DNA of 20,000 nucleotides from an uncultured virus (IMG/VR IMGVR_UViG_3300042876_000347). Lineage: Duplodnaviria; Heunggongvirae; Uroviricota; Caudoviricetes. The notes under the pieces were generated by a model. That model worked only from the letters and a program-made list of their open reading frames with translations. It had not been told where the DNA came from and did not search any database. Shown in pieces: positions 15,084 to 20,000 of this stretch. The stretch lies in IMG/VR virus record IMGVR_UViG_3300042876_000347; one strand, written 5' to 3'. The position numbers were made by a program, and so were the translations under genes. Position 1 is the first letter of the stretch, and each line of letters begins with the position of its first letter.

Positions 15084-15461
15084 CTATGGTCCAACAATAG
15101 TGGTTACTGCCTTAGTAACCATATCCCTAACATAGGTCTCGTAGGGCAGGCCCATGTACTTAGCCATGTCCTTCAGCCTCTGCCGCTGACCCTGGTTCAG
15201 GGGGATTTCCCCCACGTCCTGCAAGTTAACCCTAGCTGCCTTCTGCAGCCAAGCCTTCAGATCCTCAAAGGTCGAAACTGGAAACCCTAGGCCCTCACTA
15301 AGAGCAGCTAGCTCCTTAGTACCCAGCACCACGTATGGCCTATCTGGGTCGAAGCCCTGGAACTTCTCTAGAACCTTCTCCATAACCTTCCGAGGGTTCT
15401 TCGCGTCAAGGGCCACGTAGCTTTCGAAAAGCTCATCCGAGACCCTAAGGTTAATGTTCAT
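15084..15461 (-). CDS. Probable ribbon-helix-helix DNA-binding protein with two RHH-like segments
   Basis: 125 aa. The N-terminal MNINLRVSDELFESY is Arc/CopG-like. The C-terminal IPLNQGQRQRLKDMAKYMGLPYETYVRDMV is CopG-like. AAAGGAG SD. Confidence 0.55.
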   Translation of the reverse strand: MNINLRVSDELFESYVALDAKNPRKVMEKVLEKFQGFDPDRPYVVLGTKELAALSEGLGFPVSTFEDLKAWLQKAARVNLQDVGEIPLNQGQRQRLKDMAKYMGLPYETYVRDMVTKAVTTIVGP

Positions 15462-15488
15462 TTAGTTAATTACTCCTTTGTAAATACA

Positions 15489-15517
15489 ATTATACCTTAG
15501 AGGTTAGGTCCAGTCCA
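15489..15517 (-). promoter_or_regulatory. Sigma70-type internal promoter
   Basis: Minus-strand TGGACT (15517-15512), 17-nt spacer, TATAAT (15494-15489), in an AT-rich intergenic gap after terL. Confidence 0.6.
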
Positions 15518-17501
15518 CACCTTCCATCAGGCGGTCATAGAGAGAATCCATGTCCTCGCCTACCCCTAGTCCTCCCGCTAACTCCCAGAGCTGCTTGGGC
15601 TTCCGCGGGTTCTGCCTTTGCTTCTCCTTAGCCTCCTGTTCCCGCCTTCTCTCATCAGCTATGTTTAGGATGTCAAACTCATGTGCGATGTAAAGTGCAA
15701 TTCCAAGAGCAATAATCCTATCGTCATGGTAGCCCTCGAAGGCTTCAAAGTGCCACCTGCCCGAGGCACTCTTGGACTTTACGAAGCTTCCCATCTCCTC
15801 GATGAGTTTGGGCGAGTTGATAAGAACGTCCTCCCTCTTAAGGAACTCAATCAGAGTGTTCACTAGATAGGGCCTAGTGCCAGTGGTAGTCCACCAGCCG
15901 TAGACGGTTGCCATCTGCCCTGTGGTGGTATGTGGGCGCTGCTGGACATAGAAGTTGTTATAGCCAAGGCGCTCTAGCTCAGCCTGGGTTGTGCCACCAG
16001 GAGAGCCTGGGTTGCACTCCACGGCCATCAAGGCATCCAAATCCATCGACTTATCCCGGTAGATCCTACCAATTAGGGCAGCCACTACTGCTAACTCCGT
16101 AGGCGGAAGGTCTCCTGCCCACTCTGCTACCTGCTCGTCCTTCTCCCAGCGGTCACCAACCCGGAGAACCTGGACTACTGCGTTATCCTGCTCCAGCCCG
16201 TGGGAGGCATCCACAGCCACCACGTAGAGCTTCCCTGGCCGGGGCATCTCCCACATGACTAGCTTACGCTCCCACTTGTCAGGGCCACTGGCTAACTTCC
16301 ACTCCCCTAAGTCGACCTTAGTTAGCTTCTTGCTCATCAGGTTAACCTCCCCCACGAACACTGGAGGCTTGACCTTATCCCTCATACGGGAACGGAGCTC
16401 AAGGGAGAAGACACTCTTTACCCCTGTCTGGAAGGCTTCCTCCACCGTAGAGGGGTACTCCTGGTAGAACTTCTCTAGCTCACCCTTGTTCTCGAAGTCT
16501 CGTCTAGTGTACTGGTAGTAGGCTAGCTGCTCTTTGTCTAATGCCTCCCCTGTCTCCTGCTTCACCCTCTTCGCCATGTCGAGAGTGTGTGGGAGGAACT
16601 CGAAGCCCTCACTCCGAAGCCTATTGTTTGGCCTCAGGTACCATGCTGCAAAGACTGCCTTGAAAGAGGTCTTCTTCTCCCAGGCAGCCATGAAATGCTC
16701 GTAAAACCAGTTACCCTTAGCGCCTGCACCTGTTGACTCCATCAGAATAATCGAGTGATGCTTGTGCGAGGAGTTAAACGCAGGCATAAGGTCTTCATCA
16801 ATGTAGGCTGGGAACTCCCAAGTTGAGAGCTCAGTGAGGTGGCAAACATCAATGTTCATGCCCTGACCTAAGGTGGTGCGCTGGTTTCCAGCACCGACTA
16901 ACACTGAGGAGTCAAGCTTGGGGAACTGTAGGTGAGTACCTTTGACTCTGCCTCCTGCCATTGGCCTGAGCCACTTGGGAAGGTTGTCGTACATCCTAGT
17001 GAGGGTGCCGTAAAGGTTCAGCGAGGTATCGGGGTGGTCGCTCGCAATCAGCCCATAGGTGTTGGCGTTGAGGAAAACCATGTGCGCTACTAGGGCTTCC
17101 CCAATCACGGTACCTCCTACCTGACGACTCTTCAGGAGCACTAGGGGGATCTTAACCTCTCCGAACTCCCACTGCCGGGCTTCCTCATCCTCTAGGATCT
17201 TAAGCACCTTCTCCTGCGAGGGCCAAGGAATGATCGGCTCTAGCTTCTTTTGGTCAGTCAGGATCAGGCAAAACCTAGTCAGGAAGTACCTGAAGTCGAT
17301 CTTGCAGAGCAGGCGGTTCCTGGTGACAAACTCCTGCTCTTCAGCTGAGAGTGCCCTTAGGAGTTGACCTTCCTCATCGAAGGCATCCTTTAGGCGGAAG
17401 TTGAAATCCTGTACCTCCTGGTAGGTGTTCTCCCCCAAGGACAGTCCTAGTGCATCTTCTAGCTTCTTCCTGTTCTGCTCAACTACCTTGAGGGAGTACA
17501 C
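15504..17501 (-). CDS. terL: Terminase large subunit
   Basis: 665 aa. Walker A LLKSRQVGGT, Walker B-position CHLTE, motif C ESTGAG (then GNWFY), and RNase H-like nuclease motifs VAVDASHG...DNAV, AVECN and HDDRIIAL. Confidence 0.92.
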   Translation of the reverse strand: MYSLKVVEQNRKKLEDALGLSLGENTYQEVQDFNFRLKDAFDEEGQLLRALSAEEQEFVTRNRLLCKIDFRYFLTRFCLILTDQKKLEPIIPWPSQEKVLKILEDEEARQWEFGEVKIPLVLLKSRQVGGTVIGEALVAHMVFLNANTYGLIASDHPDTSLNLYGTLTRMYDNLPKWLRPMAGGRVKGTHLQFPKLDSSVLVGAGNQRTTLGQGMNIDVCHLTELSTWEFPAYIDEDLMPAFNSSHKHHSIILMESTGAGAKGNWFYEHFMAAWEKKTSFKAVFAAWYLRPNNRLRSEGFEFLPHTLDMAKRVKQETGEALDKEQLAYYQYTRRDFENKGELEKFYQEYPSTVEEAFQTGVKSVFSLELRSRMRDKVKPPVFVGEVNLMSKKLTKVDLGEWKLASGPDKWERKLVMWEMPRPGKLYVVAVDASHGLEQDNAVVQVLRVGDRWEKDEQVAEWAGDLPPTELAVVAALIGRIYRDKSMDLDALMAVECNPGSPGGTTQAELERLGYNNFYVQQRPHTTTGQMATVYGWWTTTGTRPYLVNTLIEFLKREDVLINSPKLIEEMGSFVKSKSASGRWHFEAFEGYHDDRIIALGIALYIAHEFDILNIADERRREQEAKEKQRQNPRKPKQLWELAGGLGVGEDMDSLYDRLMEGVDWT

Positions 17502-17504
17502 GAG

Positions 17505-17774
17505 TTAGTAATACCAAATAGGCTTGTTGTACGGCCAATGAGGAATATGACCATTACCCCTGCCACAGTGTGGGCAATACCCGCAGGAGGGGCAGCCACC
17601 ATAAGGGATCTGGTGCTGTATATAGCCACTAGTCTGAGGCACTGATTGCTTAAACGCATACGGATCTGGTGAAAGCCCCTTCAGTTCCATCAGCTCGTCA
17701 CTAACAGTATTCTGTGTGCCCATTTCACTCTGCATTAGCTTCTCCACGTCTTCACTACTTAGTCCCTGCTGCAT
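17505..17774 (-). CDS. Hypothetical protein with a CPSCGYCPHC motif
   Basis: I prefer the ATG at 17774 (GAGGAGG SD just upstream) to the track start at 17816, giving 89 aa. Confidence 0.55.
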   Translation of the reverse strand: MQQGLSSEDVEKLMQSEMGTQNTVSDELMELKGLSPDPYAFKQSVPQTSGYIQHQIPYGGCPSCGYCPHCGRGNGHIPHWPYNKPIWYY

Positions 17775-18255
17775 TCTTCTTCCTCCTCGGCTCAGTCGCG
17801 AACACATGTGAGCCAATCTTAGTGATACCTTTTAGCTGCTTCATCCAACCCGGTGCCCTGCCACTCTCGTAGAGATCCTTGCTGATGTAGTGGGTAAATG
17901 GCGGTGGTGCTGGACTCTCTAGGGCCTGCTTAACCGCTGTCTCGTAGGCCTGCCACTGTGGGTGCGCAGGAGTAAAGCTTTGCACCTTAGGGTAGTTCGG
18001 ATCCCTAGGGTCGAATGGATTGTACTGATGTGGCTGCTCCATCACCTGAATTGGATCCTCAGGATACCCCCTGAGGGCTGTCCTGTTCTTTACAGAGGCC
18101 ACTATGCCAGCGATCATCTGCGGGTCCACCCTTGTCTGATCCTCCCCATAGGCAAGCTGAGTCAGCCTATCAATCAGTGGATCCCTTTGCTGCACCTGCT
18201 CTGGCTGTAGGGGAAGAACCTTCGCGTTCGGTCCGCCTAAAATCCTATCACTCAT
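17755..18255 (-). CDS. Cell wall hydrolase, SleB/Hydrolase_2 family (lytic transglycosylase-like)
   Basis: 166 aa. LTQLAYGE (catalytic Glu position), VASVKNR, YP...V..QPHQYNPF, THY, PGW and KIGSHVF are the SleB family hallmarks. Confidence 0.85.
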   Translation of the reverse strand: MSDRILGGPNAKVLPLQPEQVQQRDPLIDRLTQLAYGEDQTRVDPQMIAGIVASVKNRTALRGYPEDPIQVMEQPHQYNPFDPRDPNYPKVQSFTPAHPQWQAYETAVKQALESPAPPPFTHYISKDLYESGRAPGWMKQLKGITKIGSHVFATEPRRKKNAAGTK

Positions 18256-19009
18256 TTGCTAACACCTCCGCATCAACAACGCTAGTATCAGGAGGAGGAG
18301 TAGCAGTTGGCCGAGCATAGAGGATCTCATCAGCCGCTTTAGACATTCTCTCCAGTAGGTCACTATTCATTCCCCCACTATTGTTCACCTGCACGGCTTG
18401 GTTTACGTTCACCATTGGAGCTTTCTTGGGGAGCATCTCGGTCATTTCTAGCACCTTCTGCATCGCGAACTCCTTATGCTTGCTAGAGGTTACCACCTTG
18501 CCCGAGCCTTTGCAGCGAGGGCAAACTGCCCCCACCTTAGCACCAGCTTTCTTCTGTACCTCTCCTAGCCCATAGCAAAGATCGCACGCATCCTCACCGT
18601 CGACTGCATGCTTCACTAGGTCCTTCATCAGGGTAGGCATCTCTTTGTAGAGCTCAAGCACCGTCTCCAGCTTCTTAAGCTCCAGTGCCCCCTTGCCGAA
18701 GCAGTTCATTACTACCGCTACATCAGCAGCAGCCTCGGCAATGGCCCTTGCTAGTCCATACCTTGGATTCTCCTGCATGAGAGCGACTACTCGCTGTATG
18801 CTCTGATTCTGGCTTCCTGAGGCTTGGAGCTTCTCAATAATGTCTTCCCGACCACCTGAGAGCTCCTTTTCGAGCTTCTGGGCTAGCCTAGCCGCTGCAT
18901 TCGGCTTTACCCCACTTAGGCTCTTCACAATGATCTGCCCAGCCTTGCCATTCCTGCTCTTAGCCACTAGCTTATCCTGGAAGAGCACCGGCAAAAGGTT
19001 CTCAGTCAT
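18248..19009 (-). CDS. Probable terminase small subunit with a DnaJ-type CxxCxGxG zinc finger
   Basis: The likely start is the ATG at 19009 (ATGACTGA overlap with the upstream stop), giving 253 aa rather than 305. Helical body, CDLCYGLG...CPRCKGSG, and C-terminal VNVNQAVQVNN and VVDAEV as seen in TerS-like proteins. Located upstream of terL. Confidence 0.5.
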   Translation of the reverse strand: MTENLLPVLFQDKLVAKSRNGKAGQIIVKSLSGVKPNAAARLAQKLEKELSGGREDIIEKLQASGSQNQSIQRVVALMQENPRYGLARAIAEAAADVAVVMNCFGKGALELKKLETVLELYKEMPTLMKDLVKHAVDGEDACDLCYGLGEVQKKAGAKVGAVCPRCKGSGKVVTSSKHKEFAMQKVLEMTEMLPKKAPMVNVNQAVQVNNSGGMNSDLLERMSKAADEILYARPTATPPPDTSVVDAEVLANE

Positions 19010-19355
19010 TCCGCGACTGAGGAGGTGCTCCCTGATTTTCTTCCGCACCTTCTGGCCCATAACTCCAGCCCCAGGGCATTCCGTGTTCATCCAACGGACT
19101 GAGGCTGGCTGAATCGGGAAGCCCCCATGCAAATTTCTGACGAGCTTCGGCTTCTTTCTTAGCAACTAGGTCCTCATCTGTGTAGGAAATTTCACCTTCT
19201 TCCGTACCTGTAACGACTGTTAGGCCTCCAATTCGCGTTAACTCCAGCTCTTTCAGCTCGATAAGTCGTGCTAGAGAGTGCGCTATTCTGTCTAAGCTCA
19301 CTTCCTGCGAGGGTGGACGGCCTCTTTTTCCTGCTAGCTTTCCTTCTCCTGCCAC
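19002..19355 (-). CDS. Hypothetical protein with an AT-hook-like KRGRPP motif, first gene of the operon
   Basis: GTG at 19355 has a perfect TAAGGAGGT SD (19361-19369), giving 117 aa. The track's extension to 19454 looks non-coding. Confidence 0.7.
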   Translation of the reverse strand: MAGEGKLAGKRGRPPSQEVSLDRIAHSLARLIELKELELTRIGGLTVVTGTEEGEISYTDEDLVAKKEAEARQKFAWGLPDSASLSPLDEHGMPWGWSYGPEGAEENQGAPPQSRND

Positions 19356-19369
19356 TTCACACCTCCTTA

Positions 19370-20000
19370 AAGAAAACAGCTGCTGCAGAGGGCTCACTGA
19401 GGAGGGGTAGGAGGTGGTAGTGAGGTACCTCGTGCAGCAGCATGAGGGAAGCATAGCAGGAAGAGGGGTTTAGGGCAAGTTGATAGTAGGAAGTATAATG
19501 AAAAAGTGAAATTTGTATTTTGCTTTTGGCATATGCGTGTTTTAGGGGGGTGCCTGAAACCCCTAAGTCCTTTAGAATCAGTCTCCTTCACCCCTCTTTC
19601 AGCGGGTTTTCAGGCCCTATATATAATAAGAAGTATGAAAGAAGCCAGACATCACTGCTAGACGACGTGCCCCCTGTTGGGGGGGCACGTATTCGCTGCG
19701 TTAAACCCTGAAGGCCTAAAAGCCTCTAGGAAGCGCCATAATAAGAAGGAATAGCCCGGCCTGGGAGAGGCTTAGAAGTCTCGTCTGGCGGGCAGCTAGA
19801 GGCCTTCCTACCCTAGTTTTCACGCCTCGCTAGCACCTTACTGGGGCTTGGTGGCCCCAGTGGGTAGGGAGGGTGGGTAGCTTTGCTTTCCCCCCTTCCT
19901 AAGCCTAGCTAAGTAATTGAAAAATAATAAAAAAAAAAATAAGTGGAGCTAGGAGCCCCACCCCTTAATCCCCCCCATAGGCTGACCCCCTCGGACAACC
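19370..20000. other. Non-coding control region rich in inverted repeats
   Basis: No credible ORF. Hairpins at 19665-19690 and 19840-19861, direct repeat ATAATAAGAAG at 19623 and 19738, an A-tract and C-runs. Confidence 0.6.
19929..19961 (-). terminator. Rho-independent terminator for transcription entering from the right
   Basis: The minus strand reads GTGGGGCT-CCT-AGCTCCAC followed by TTATTTTTTTTTTT. The 8-bp stem includes a G-U pair that works only on the minus-strand RNA. Confidence 0.7.

Noticed and set aside
4258..15086. Amber (TAG) stop-codon reassignment, suggested by the abundance of TAG/CTA
   Set aside because: Long genes are intact under code 11. TAG ends genes at 4260, 5385, 9496 and 15084, each followed closely by the next gene's start or SD.
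11..19112. All plus-strand ORFs in the track (for example 13754-14515, 12725-13168, 2846-3232, 10351-10761)
   Set aside because: They lie antisense to well-supported, tightly packed minus-strand genes and show no recognisable motifs. They are shadow ORFs.
19010..19165. N-terminal extension of the 305-aa ORF
   Set aside because: It overlaps the well-supported 19002-19355 gene by more than 150 nt. The ATG at 19009 gives a standard short overlap.
19394..19711. ORFs 19394-19591 (-) and 19520-19711 (+)
   Set aside because: Non-ATG starts without an SD, no protein-like features, and located in a repeat- and hairpin-rich region.
19370..20000. tRNA gene or CRISPR mini-array in the non-coding region
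   Set aside because: I found no cloverleaf with a T-loop GTTCRA and no regularly spaced 25-40 bp repeats.

Overview
This window is the virion morphogenesis module of a tailed dsDNA phage, probably a short-tailed, P22/podovirus-type phage. Every credible gene is on the minus strand. Reading right to left: (1) a non-coding, hairpin-rich control region with a terminator; (2) an AT-hook ORF, a probable small terminase carrying a DnaJ-type Zn finger, an SleB-type cell wall hydrolase, a Cys-motif ORF and the large terminase; (3) an internally promoted block with a tandem-RHH-like protein, a small beta-sandwich protein, two paralogous fibre-like proteins that both carry Sec signal peptides, a possible chaperone, a Zn-ribbon protein and the portal; (4) an internally promoted and terminated capsid operon (39-aa microprotein, 103-aa protein, scaffold, major capsid, two decoration-like proteins); (5) an AT-rich free-standing endonuclease VII gene; (6) three paralogous head-tail adaptor/ring proteins, one fused to four PKD domains, with two microproteins among them; (7) a >=697-aa tail hub/stabilisation protein that runs off the left edge and is missing from the ORF track. 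The most unusual signals are the signal-peptide-bearing fibre pair next to a candidate spike base, two distant microproteins sharing FKDAIVKP with only synonymous DNA differences, the PKD-adaptor fusion, and strong CTAG enrichment. All product calls come from motif recognition and synteny by eye. No searches were run.
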